Source: Planctomycetia bacterium (GTDB lineage Bacteria > Planctomycetota > UBA8108 > UBA1146). Taken from it: 61,574 nucleotides of DNA. Below, one piece after another: positions 40,515-49,348 of the stretch. Position 1 is the stretch's first letter. Each line of letters opens with the position of its first letter. The translations under genes were made by a program, and so were the position numbers. The notes under the pieces were generated by a model, which saw only the letters and a list, made by a program, of their open reading frames with translations, did no database searches and was not told the DNA's origin. Location: NCBI GenBank assembly GCA_012269595.1, contig JAAXJX010000050.1, forward strand, positions 1,612-63,185, given 5' to 3'.

Positions 40515-40956
40515 ATAATCCCGCCAGTTAAGCCTTGTCTGTCGGGAAAGGCAGGTCCGGCAACTTTCTCATCGGGTGGTTGGCAAGGACCGATAAGTCG
40601 ATACAATCAGAGTTGCTCGGGCTCGAGAATTTGATCAAAAGAGGACACTTTGCGGGTTTCCGTTATGGGAACTTCTCCGTGTCATTCTGAGGTCGATTGG
40701 GGCTTTCCCAGACGGTCGAGAGCCTCGAGGAGGTGGGAAGGTGTGCGTCGCGGAGACTTCCGGTCCCCCGGCGTGCACTTCATTTTCTTCCTGCCAGGTA
40801 TGGACAGGTATAGACGCTGAAAACATGAACCCTGTGAGCGATTTATCCGACGAGGTGTGTCGGTGCGGTATATCAGGGTCTGGAAAAACAAGACAACTTT
40901 AATGGGGTGTGTCGGGGCGACAAGCCCTGGAGTGAGACCGAAAGGAACACACGATT

Positions 40957-42204
40957 ATGCTTCGATCGATGATGATCATGCTGACCATTGCAATGGCAGT
41001 TTCTTTTGTGCCTGCAGTTGCTATTGCGGGCGGTAGTGCATTTCAGTTCAGCCTGACTGGCGGTGCCGGTGCAGCAGGTGACAGCTTCACCTCTTCTGCA
41101 CTTTTGGACAACGCCGGTGGTGGAGACATTCAGGGTTGGTCCTTCGGTGTCTGCAGTGACCCTGCAGCCCTGACCGTAGACGGAGCCGCCAGCGGTGCCG
41201 ACACGGAGACCTCCAAGAACGGATCTGCTCCTGACTTCAACCAGATCAGTACTTTTGCTGACGGTGCCACCCAGGGTGTGGTTCTCTGTTTCACCGGCTG
41301 TGCCGTGATCGGAGACACCTCCGGTTTCGAGATGCTGACGATCGATTACACGATCGCCGGTTCCTCTGACACCACCATCGACTACTGCGGAACCCTGGGA
41401 GCTCCCCCGGTGAACACCGTGGTCGTGGTTGGCGGAGCCAGCCTTGCTCCCGCTACCAGTGGTGGATTGATCGACGTGATCAACCCGAACCAGTTGAGCG
41501 CCTCCAGTGGAACTGCCGTCCTCGGTGACGCCGCTTCCACCACCGTGAGCTTCAATAACGTCAACTACCCGGCCATCGACGCCGTTCAGATCAACCTTGG
41601 ATACGACAACACCGTCGTTTCCCCGGCTTCTGTCGACGCCGATTTCGCCTTCGAGACCTTCCTGGTTCAGGACTTCACCGGCAATGGCGGTGAGATTGTT
41701 GTTGGCGGCCTTGCTGACATCACTCCTCCCCTGGACGGACTGATTCCGGCCGGTGCCTCCACCGACCTCTTCACCGTGACCTGGAACACCGACGGCGAGG
41801 GTACCTCCGCCATGACCTTCCCGGCCACCGCAGGTAGCCCGGCTCAGGATCTTCTCTTCGTTGCTGGTCAGTCCAGCCTGGAGACCCCGACCCTGATCGA
41901 CGGTTCCCTGACCGTGGTGAACTTCAACCAGTTCCTGCGTTCCGACTGCAACAATGACGGAACCGTCAACATTGCTGACGGTGTTTACGGTATCAACTAC
42001 CTCTTCCAGGGTGGTGCTGATCCGGTCTGTGACGACGCCTGTGACTCCAATGACGACGGTGCCATCGACGCCGCCGACATGATCTACATCTTCAACTACC
42101 GCTTCCTTGAGGGCCCGGCTCCGCTGGCACCCTTCCCGAGTGCGGACCTCGACCCGACCCCGGGCGACGGACTGGGATGTGACGGCGACGCCGACGATCT
42201 GTAG
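40957..42204 (+). CDS. Secreted protein with two cohesin-like domains and a C-terminal dockerin-like domain
   Basis: AAAGGA RBS; signal peptide; domain 1 LDN...IQGWSFGVCSD..L; domain 2 VSFNN...IDAVQINLGYD...LFTVTW...DGSLTV; tail FLRSDCNNDGTVNIAD...DSNDDGAIDAAD. Confidence 0.75.
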   Translation: MLRSMMIMLTIAMAVSFVPAVAIAGGSAFQFSLTGGAGAAGDSFTSSALLDNAGGGDIQGWSFGVCSDPAALTVDGAASGADTETSKNGSAPDFNQISTFADGATQGVVLCFTGCAVIGDTSGFEMLTIDYTIAGSSDTTIDYCGTLGAPPVNTVVVVGGASLAPATSGGLIDVINPNQLSASSGTAVLGDAASTTVSFNNVNYPAIDAVQINLGYDNTVVSPASVDADFAFETFLVQDFTGNGGEIVVGGLADITPPLDGLIPAGASTDLFTVTWNTDGEGTSAMTFPATAGSPAQDLLFVAGQSSLETPTLIDGSLTVVNFNQFLRSDCNNDGTVNIADGVYGINYLFQGGADPVCDDACDSNDDGAIDAADMIYIFNYRFLEGPAPLAPFPSADLDPTPGDGLGCDGDADDL

Positions 42205-42223
42205 AAATCACTGATTTCGAAAC

Positions 42224-42263
42224 AAAGAAGGCCGCTCGATCGATGATCGAGCGGCCTTTTTTC
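42224..42263. terminator. Probably bidirectional intrinsic terminator between the cohesin gene and hemL
   Basis: AAGGCCGCTCGATC / GATCGAGCGGCCTT stem, T-run on the right and A-rich on the left. Confidence 0.85.
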
Positions 42264-42294
42264 TTGTGTATTTTTGAAGTGATACCGAAGTGTT

Positions 42295-43611
42295 TCAAAG
42301 TTTCAGTTTGCCGATGGCCTCAGCAGTGAATTCGATATCTTCGGCAGTGTGTGCGAGTGAGACAAAGCCCGCTTCATACGAAGAGGGGGCGATGGCCACA
42401 CCTTCGGCGAGCAAGCCGTGGAAGAACTTCTTGAACAGCTCCACATCTCCCTGAGAGGCGTCATGAAAGTTGTTCACCGTTTTCGCAGTGAAGAAGAGGC
42501 CGAACATCGATCCGACCCGATGCCATGAGTGGGGGATGCCATGCTGGTCCAGAGCCTCTTTCCACAGCTGGTGCAGTTGGGCTGAACGCTGATCCAGAGT
42601 GTTGTAGATCTCGTCTGAATCACTGTGCAGCCGCTTGAGCAGGGCGATTCCAGCGGCCACCGATAGCGGATTGCCACTGAGGGTTCCCGCCTGATAGACC
42701 GCACCGGTCGGAGAGAAATGCTCCATATATTTCTGGGGACCGCAGACGACCCCCATGGGCATGCCACCACCGACAATTTTGCCCAGAGTGGTCAGGTCAG
42801 GAGTGACCCCGAGCAGACCTTGTGCGCATTGGGGGCTGACCCGGAAACCGGTCATGACCTCGTCAAAGACGAGCAGGGATCCATGTTTGTCACACAGTGC
42901 TCTCAGTCCCTCAAGAAATCCTTCAACGGGCGGAACGCAGCCCATGTTGCCCGCGATCGGCTCGACGAAGATGGCCGCCACATCCGATCCGTGTTCCTGC
43001 ATGAGGGATTCCACTGCAGCCAGGTCATTGAAGGGGGCAACCAGGGTCAGGTTGGCAGTGGCCTCGGGAACACCCGGGCTCGACGGATGGCCATGGGTTG
43101 CTGCACCGGATCCTGCGGCCACAAGGAAAGAATCCCCGTGTCCGTGGTAGCAGCCTTCAAACTTGATGAAGAGTGATCGGCCGGTGATGCCCCGTGCCAA
43201 TCGCAATGCGGACATCGTCGCCTCGGTTCCACTGGAGGTCAGGCGAGCCATTTCTGCGGACGGAACCATATCGACGATCAGCTCCGCGATTTCTACCTCT
43301 GCGGCAGTGGGAGCTCCAAAGGAGGTGCCATGGACAGCGGTCCTGGCGATCGCCTCCAGAATCTCCGGATGGGCATGGCCCAGAATCATGGGGCCCCAGG
43401 AGCCGACGAAGTCGATGTACTCCCGGTTGTCTTCATCGAGGATTCGGCAGCCTTTGGCGGAGCGGATGAAGCGGGGAGTTCCCCCCACAGATCCAAAGGC
43501 GCGGACGGGGCTGTTGACCCCCCCGGGAATCAGCTTTTTTGCGCGGTCGAAGAGGGACTGGTTACCGAGACCGGCGACATCGTTGAGTGATTCACTGTCA
43601 TTGACGTTCAT
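42295..43611 (-). CDS. hemL: Glutamate-1-semialdehyde 2,1-aminomutase
   Basis: IPGGVNSPVRAF, SGTEATMSA, GCYHGH.D, FDEVMTGFR, GKIVGGG, YQAGTLSGNP; start reassigned to MNVND. Confidence 0.97.
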   Translation of the reverse strand: MNVNDSESLNDVAGLGNQSLFDRAKKLIPGGVNSPVRAFGSVGGTPRFIRSAKGCRILDEDNREYIDFVGSWGPMILGHAHPEILEAIARTAVHGTSFGAPTAAEVEIAELIVDMVPSAEMARLTSSGTEATMSALRLARGITGRSLFIKFEGCYHGHGDSFLVAAGSGAATHGHPSSPGVPEATANLTLVAPFNDLAAVESLMQEHGSDVAAIFVEPIAGNMGCVPPVEGFLEGLRALCDKHGSLLVFDEVMTGFRVSPQCAQGLLGVTPDLTTLGKIVGGGMPMGVVCGPQKYMEHFSPTGAVYQAGTLSGNPLSVAAGIALLKRLHSDSDEIYNTLDQRSAQLHQLWKEALDQHGIPHSWHRVGSMFGLFFTAKTVNNFHDASQGDVELFKKFFHGLLAEGVAIAPSSYEAGFVSLAHTAEDIEFTAEAIGKLKL

Positions 43612-43801
43612 CGTGCTCTCCCTGCTGTCAATTTCCGGAAGTATATCCGCCACCGCTTCGAGGGGTACCCACACTACGCAGGCAGAGAGTAAAGAAGCAA
43701 GAGCACAGCGGTCCTCCCACTCCTGAAATCTGTACGGGAAAGAATGGCAACTACCTCTGGTTCGGGGGGGTGGATACGATGCGGGGCGAAAAGGGGTTGA
43801 A

Positions 43802-45511
43802 ATGAAACTGATACTTTTGGTGATGGTCTTTCTGCTGGTCAGTGCCCGGGTTTGTGGCGGGGGTGATCGGGTTTTCGGTCTGCCTCTGGCTACCCGTTCT
43901 CCTGCTCTGGCCAAAAATGGCATGGCCGCGACGAGTCAGCCGTTGGCCACGGATGCGGCCCTCGACATTCTCAAGGCCGGGGGTAATGCCATCGATGCTG
44001 CCATCGCTGCCAATGCCTGTCTCGGATTGATGGAGCCGACCGGCTGCGGCATCGGCGGCGACCTCTTTGCCATCGTCTGGGACGCGGAGGAGGGCAAACT
44101 TCATGGTTACAACGGTTCCGGAAGATCTCCGGGGAGTTTGACTCTGGAAAAGCTGAAGGAAGAACTCTCCGATCGCGGTCTGGATGAGATTCCGGCCCAT
44201 GGAACCCTGCCCATCTCCGTTCCGGGTTGTGTGGACGGCTGGGTCAGCCTTCATGAAAAGTTTGGAAAACTGCCCCTTGAGAAAGTGCTGGAGCCGGCGA
44301 TTCGGCATGCCCGCGAGGGATTCCCTGTCTCGCAGGTGATCGCTTACTACTGGCAGGCCAGTGTTCGCAAACTCGAGCCGCAGCCAGGGTTCATGGAGAC
44401 ATTCACCCGCAACGGCCGTGCTCCTGTGGAAGGAGAGCTGTGGAAGAACCCAGACCTCGCGCAGAGTTACGAGCGGATTGCCAAAGAGGGTCGTGCCGGT
44501 TTCTACGAAGGTGAAGTGGCCGAGAGGATGGCCCGCTTTGTTCAAGAGCATGGTGGCTTTCTCACGGTGGAGGATCTCACTTCCCACCGGGGAGAGTGGG
44601 TCGAGCCGGTGAGCACCAACTATCGCGGTGTAGACGTCTGGCAGCTGCCCCCCAACGGGCAAGGCCTCGCTGTCTTGCAGATCCTCAACATCATGGAGGG
44701 GTATCCGGTAAGGGATTGGGGCTTCGGCAGTACAGAGCTGTTGCATCACTTCATCGAAGCGAAAAAACAGGTTTTCGAGGATCGTGCCCGGGATTACGTC
44801 GATCCGGAATTTCACAAGGTGCCGATCAGGGATCTGATCTCCAGGGAGAGAGCCGATCTGCAAAGAAGTGCCATCTCCCCAGAGAAGGCAGCCCGCTCCA
44901 TCGATACCGGCAGAGCCCAAACCCGAGATGGGGACACGGTCTACCTGTCCGTAGCAGACTCGGATGGAAACATGATCTCGCTGATCCAAAGCAACTATCG
45001 CGGAATTGGCAGTGGCGTTTGCCCTCCGGGGCTCGGGTTTGGCTTGCAGGACAGGGGTGAGCTTTTCTCACTGGATAAAGAGCATGCCAACGTCTACGAA
45101 CCTGGAAAGCGTCCTTTTCACACCATCATTCCCGGCTTTGCCTTCCGCGACGGAAAGCCCTGGCTTTCATTCGGAGTGATGGGAGGGGCAACCCAGCCCC
45201 AGGCCCAGGCATGGGTCTTGATGAACATGATCGATTTCGACATGAATCTGCAAGAAGCGGGGGACGCTCCCAGAGTTGTTCATGTCGGTTCTTCACAGCC
45301 CACCGGTTATGTCATGAAGGATGGTGGAGAGGTGGCCATCGAAAGCGGCGTCTCTGCAGAAGTTGTCGCCGAGTTGGAGAAACGGGGGCACGTGATTTCC
45401 AAAAAGCGGGGACTCTTTGGTGGATACCAGGCCGTGATGCGCGATCTCGAACACGGCACGTGGGTTGGAGCCAGTGAATCGAGAAAGGATGGCCATGCGG
45501 CAGGGTATTGA
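43802..45511 (+). CDS. ggt: Gamma-glutamyltranspeptidase family protein (secreted)
   Basis: GGNAIDAAIA, GIGGDLF, LPPNGQG, nucleophile GDT-VY, GKRPFHTIIP, GVMGG..QPQ. Confidence 0.92.
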   Translation: MKLILLVMVFLLVSARVCGGGDRVFGLPLATRSPALAKNGMAATSQPLATDAALDILKAGGNAIDAAIAANACLGLMEPTGCGIGGDLFAIVWDAEEGKLHGYNGSGRSPGSLTLEKLKEELSDRGLDEIPAHGTLPISVPGCVDGWVSLHEKFGKLPLEKVLEPAIRHAREGFPVSQVIAYYWQASVRKLEPQPGFMETFTRNGRAPVEGELWKNPDLAQSYERIAKEGRAGFYEGEVAERMARFVQEHGGFLTVEDLTSHRGEWVEPVSTNYRGVDVWQLPPNGQGLAVLQILNIMEGYPVRDWGFGSTELLHHFIEAKKQVFEDRARDYVDPEFHKVPIRDLISRERADLQRSAISPEKAARSIDTGRAQTRDGDTVYLSVADSDGNMISLIQSNYRGIGSGVCPPGLGFGLQDRGELFSLDKEHANVYEPGKRPFHTIIPGFAFRDGKPWLSFGVMGGATQPQAQAWVLMNMIDFDMNLQEAGDAPRVVHVGSSQPTGYVMKDGGEVAIESGVSAEVVAELEKRGHVISKKRGLFGGYQAVMRDLEHGTWVGASESRKDGHAAGY

Positions 45512-46757
45512 TCTTCTGATTTCTTCGCTTTGGATACCGATCTTTGTTGCGATCATCGTATGGAGCTTCGGAGCCGATCAGGATGGAGCCCGATCTGTAA
45601 AGGTGCAGAAGGTTGAGGTCCCCTGTCTTCCCGGTGGAGCCTTGCCATCCCTGACCCTGAATCAATCAGGAATCCCGCTGATTTCCTGGGTCGACCGGGA
45701 AGCGGACGGAGCCGCTGTTCTGAAGTTTGCCAAGTGGCAAGGCAACGAATGGTCGCCGCCGCGGGAGATCGTTCGTGGAAAAACATGGTTCGTCAACTGG
45801 GCTGACTACCCAACGATGGCAGTTTTGGATGATGGGACTCTGGCGGTCCATTGGCTCGACAAAATTTCCTCTGATACCTATGCCTATGGAATCAAGATCT
45901 CCCTCTCCAGAGATGGCGGTGAAACCTGGAGTGATCCGGTGATTCCGCATTCTGACCGTTCACCTTCGGAGCATGGTTTTCTCTCTCTGAAATCAGTGGG
46001 CGAGCGTTTTCATCTGGCTTGGCTCGATGGTCGTGAAACGCTGAAGGGCAAACCGATGACCTTGCGCTCACGATTTTTGTCTGCGGATGGAACGATGTCA
46101 GATGAGATTCTTCTCGACGAATCGGTCTGTGATTGTTGCCCCGTGGATGCGGTGGTCGGCAAAGATGGTGTGGTGACTTTTTATCGCGACAGAGACCACA
46201 TGGAAGTCAGGGACATCGCCTGGATAGAACAGGGGGTCTCCGACGGGAAGCCTGTCAGCTCGTCGCTGGTTCATGATGACCAATGGATCCAGCCGGGTTG
46301 TCCCGTGAATGGCCCTGCGGTTGCAGGCGACAGCGGACAGTGGGTCGCCGTCTGGTACACCGAATCCGGAAGCATGACAGCGAAAGATCGGGGCGCAGTC
46401 TTTCTGCGTAGCCTGGACACTGCCGAGGGGCAGTATGGAAAAGTGCACAGAATCGATGCCGGCAATCCTCTGGGAAGAGTGGATGTCTGTCAGGGTACAG
46501 ACGATCGCTTCCTGGTCTGCTGGATGGAAGAAGTGGATGGCAGGGCTCAGGTTTCAGTCAGACCCTGGAAGTTGGGATCCCTGACCGAAAACCGGTGGGT
46601 GGTGGCGGAGACATCCGCTGGCAGGAAAAGCGGCTTTCCGCAGATCGTGCAGATTCCCGGCACTCAGCAGGCACTGGTTGCCTACACCGTCTTTGACGAA
46701 AGGAATCTCAGCAGTGTGGAAACGGCATGGCTCAATTGGGGTGAAAATCAGCCCTGA
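45495..46757 (+). CDS. BNR/sialidase-like propeller protein
   Basis: Asp-box S.DGGETW; NWADYP, EHGF.S, CDCC, GCPVNGP, SGFP. Overlaps the ggt stop. Confidence 0.7.
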   Translation: MRQGIDLLISSLWIPIFVAIIVWSFGADQDGARSVKVQKVEVPCLPGGALPSLTLNQSGIPLISWVDREADGAAVLKFAKWQGNEWSPPREIVRGKTWFVNWADYPTMAVLDDGTLAVHWLDKISSDTYAYGIKISLSRDGGETWSDPVIPHSDRSPSEHGFLSLKSVGERFHLAWLDGRETLKGKPMTLRSRFLSADGTMSDEILLDESVCDCCPVDAVVGKDGVVTFYRDRDHMEVRDIAWIEQGVSDGKPVSSSLVHDDQWIQPGCPVNGPAVAGDSGQWVAVWYTESGSMTAKDRGAVFLRSLDTAEGQYGKVHRIDAGNPLGRVDVCQGTDDRFLVCWMEEVDGRAQVSVRPWKLGSLTENRWVVAETSAGRKSGFPQIVQIPGTQQALVAYTVFDERNLSSVETAWLNWGENQP

Positions 46758-46850
46758 TGTGTTCAGGGAACTGTCCGTCATTGCCTTTCGTCCTTGTCAC
46801 TGCGAAAGGCAGGGATAGGCTGGAATGGTCAAAAAAGCAGAGGGGTACCC

Positions 46851-47843
46851 ATGGATCACCTGAATAAGCCGGAAGAAGAAATCTCCGAATCCAATTACCT
46901 GAATCGCCGCGATATTCTTCGTGGTCTTGGATATGGAGCAGCCGGATTGACCGCTCTCTCGGTTCCCGGTTTCCTTCGCGGCATGAACGGTTCACTTCTG
47001 CTCGACGATGAAGCAGTCAAGGAAGCATTCAAGCCGGCAATTGGAGATCTGCACTCAGATCTGTTCCCCGCCAAAAAGTCGGAATCCTACTCGATTGCAC
47101 CGAGGACCCTGACAGAAGAAAAAGTGGCTTCCACCTACAACAACTTCTATGAGTTTACGACGGTCAAGAATCGTGGCTGGCAAAGGGCCAGGGGATTCAA
47201 GGCGACGCCCTGGAAAATTGAGGTGGGAGGCGCAGTCGAGAAAGAGTTCACTCTCGATCTGGAAGACCTTCTCAAGCTGGCTCCCCTCGAAGAGCGCACT
47301 TATCGTTTTCGATGTGTCGAAACGTGGGCAATGCAGGTTCCGTGGACCGGTTACCCCTTGAGCAAGCTGATCGACCGCTGCAAGCCACTGGGCAAAGCCA
47401 AGTACATCAAGTTTGTTTCGATCCTCGATAAAGATCGGCTTCCCGGACAATCAGACCCGCAGTGGCCATGGCCTTACTTCGAAGCTCTCCGTCTCGATGA
47501 GGCGCGTCATGATCTGGCGATGGTTTGCGTGGGTATCTTCGGCCATGCCCTGCCGATGCAGTTCGGAGCTCCCTGGCGTGTGATCGTTCCGTGGAAATAT
47601 GGTTACAAGTCACCGAAATCCATCGTGCGGATCGAGTTCACTGAAGAGAAGCCGAGCACCTTCTGGAACTCAGCGATTCCGAATGAATACGGGTTCTACT
47701 CGAATGTCGATCCTTCAAAGCCGCACCCGCGCTGGAGCCAGGCGATGGAGAGAGATATCGGAACCGGCAAGCGTCGACCGACCCTGCTCTATAATGGGTA
47801 CGCCGAACAAGTGGCCAGCCTCTACAAGGGGGACGAGCACTGA
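46851..47843 (+). CDS. msrP: Periplasmic protein-methionine-sulfoxide reductase catalytic subunit (molybdopterin)
   Basis: Tat motif NRRDIL; YNNFYEF, EER.YRFRCVE.W, PWKYGYKS.KSI, EYGFYSNV.P..HPRWSQA. Confidence 0.95.
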   Translation: MDHLNKPEEEISESNYLNRRDILRGLGYGAAGLTALSVPGFLRGMNGSLLLDDEAVKEAFKPAIGDLHSDLFPAKKSESYSIAPRTLTEEKVASTYNNFYEFTTVKNRGWQRARGFKATPWKIEVGGAVEKEFTLDLEDLLKLAPLEERTYRFRCVETWAMQVPWTGYPLSKLIDRCKPLGKAKYIKFVSILDKDRLPGQSDPQWPWPYFEALRLDEARHDLAMVCVGIFGHALPMQFGAPWRVIVPWKYGYKSPKSIVRIEFTEEKPSTFWNSAIPNEYGFYSNVDPSKPHPRWSQAMERDIGTGKRRPTLLYNGYAEQVASLYKGDEH

Positions 47844-47855
47844 TCCTGTTTCAGG

Positions 47856-48701
47856 TCAGGTAAATGAATCCGCAGGCCAAAGTTCGTCGACCAGATCGCC
47901 GATGGTTCCGGTTTCATTGCTGCCGATGATCCTGTCGGCCACCTTTTTCAGTTCGTCCATGGCATTACCCATCGCTACTCCGAGCCCAGCTTCCGTCACC
48001 ATAGGCAGATCATTGGTGGCATCTCCGATCGCCACCACCTCCTCTGGAGAAATCCCTTCCTCCTCTTGAAGATAGATCAGCGCTTCTTTCTTGCCTTCGC
48101 AGGGGGGTTGGATATCGACGACCTTGAGGGGACTGTCCCGGAGTTCTGGCAACAGGCTCAGGGGAAACCATGTCATGTAGGCATCGGCGTCATGAATCTC
48201 CCTGATTTCTTCTGCAAACTCTGCGGCATTTTCGTGGCGTTCTGAGAAAACGGAGAGACGGATCGGTTTTTCGAGGCGCAGCTCTTCTTCGCTCACGAGG
48301 TCGATGTGAGTCATGTCATGTAATGGGAATTCAAGAACCTCGGGTCTTGCGGTGAATGCCCGCTTTGTCTGTGCACACATCACGACAGGCATGAGATCTT
48401 CCCGATGGGCGAAATCCAGAATGACGTCGAGTTGTTCCGCATCGATCAGGCGTTCGCGGATCAACCTGCGATCCTTGGGGCACCAGAGTGCGGCACCGTT
48501 GTAAATGATGGTGGGCAGATGAATGCCGAGATCGTCGATGGTCGGTGCTGCAGATTTTTCGGATCTGCCAGTGGCGACCATGACCCGGATTCCCTGGTCG
48601 TGAATTCTGTGCAGAGCTGCACGGGTGTGGGGGTGGATGATTCCGTCATCGGAAACCAATGTGCCATCCAGATCGAGGATAATGGCCCTGTGACGTTGCA
48701 T
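47856..48701 (-). CDS. Cof-type HAD-IIB hydrolase
   Basis: ILDLDGTL, VATGR, YNGA, GDATND..M...G.GVAMGNA. Confidence 0.92.
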   Translation of the reverse strand: MQRHRAIILDLDGTLVSDDGIIHPHTRAALHRIHDQGIRVMVATGRSEKSAAPTIDDLGIHLPTIIYNGAALWCPKDRRLIRERLIDAEQLDVILDFAHREDLMPVVMCAQTKRAFTARPEVLEFPLHDMTHIDLVSEEELRLEKPIRLSVFSERHENAAEFAEEIREIHDADAYMTWFPLSLLPELRDSPLKVVDIQPPCEGKKEALIYLQEEEGISPEEVVAIGDATNDLPMVTEAGLGVAMGNAMDELKKVADRIIGSNETGTIGDLVDELWPADSFT

Positions 48702-48882
48702 GCTTCTCTCCTGCTCCACGATCGGGATGTTGCGGTCTGAGTCCTCTTTGGGCAAGGCTTCGGAATGACTTCAATGACGGGGCTGACCTGTTTAGGATGG
48801 TGAAATACATGCTGGAGGCCGGCTGTGAGGATTGGAAACCCACAGGCGGAACCACGGAATCGGCAACGGGAGGAGCCCCACG

Positions 48883-49122
48883 ATGACCAGTCATGCAGAA
48901 AGCGGTTTGAAAGTGATCGCCGTCTCTCTCGGCAAGGGAAAAGTCGCCTGGAAGGTCGACTTTCCACCAGTGGGACGCAAGGATTCACGCCTGAAGGGCC
49001 AATGGGAATCTCTCGAGGAAGCTTTGACGGTCCTCAAAAAATCCTGCGATAAATCGCAAGTAGACCCTGAAACGGCCTCAATGGCCGATGAGCACTGTCC
49101 AGATACTCCCTGGGCGAGCTGA
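48883..49122 (+). CDS. Small hypothetical protein (79 aa)
   Basis: Strong GGGAGGAG RBS 7 nt before ATG 48883; fills the gap between the divergent HAD gene and pckA. Confidence 0.55.
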   Translation: MTSHAESGLKVIAVSLGKGKVAWKVDFPPVGRKDSRLKGQWESLEEALTVLKKSCDKSQVDPETASMADEHCPDTPWAS

Positions 49123-49348
49123 CCAAAACTGGGCGGATTCACTCGCAAGAGCGGTCATCCTTGGGGAAAATAAATGGATATCGGAGAGCCGCTCTTGCCG
49201 GAATTGCCCCGCTCAAACGGGGAAACAGGTATTCTGCGGTTGAGTTGAAGTCGTTCCCGCCCGGGCCTGTTGAGTCTGGAACGGGATCATTGCCAGAGGA
49301 TCCCTTCAAAGAGGTCGATCCCTGCCAAGAGGAAGGTAAAGGAGAGGC

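Noticed and set aside
49123-49348. Glycine or cobalamin riboswitch upstream of pckA
   Set aside because: Only fragments such as GGAGAG and GGGAA match; the conserved cores could not be assembled.
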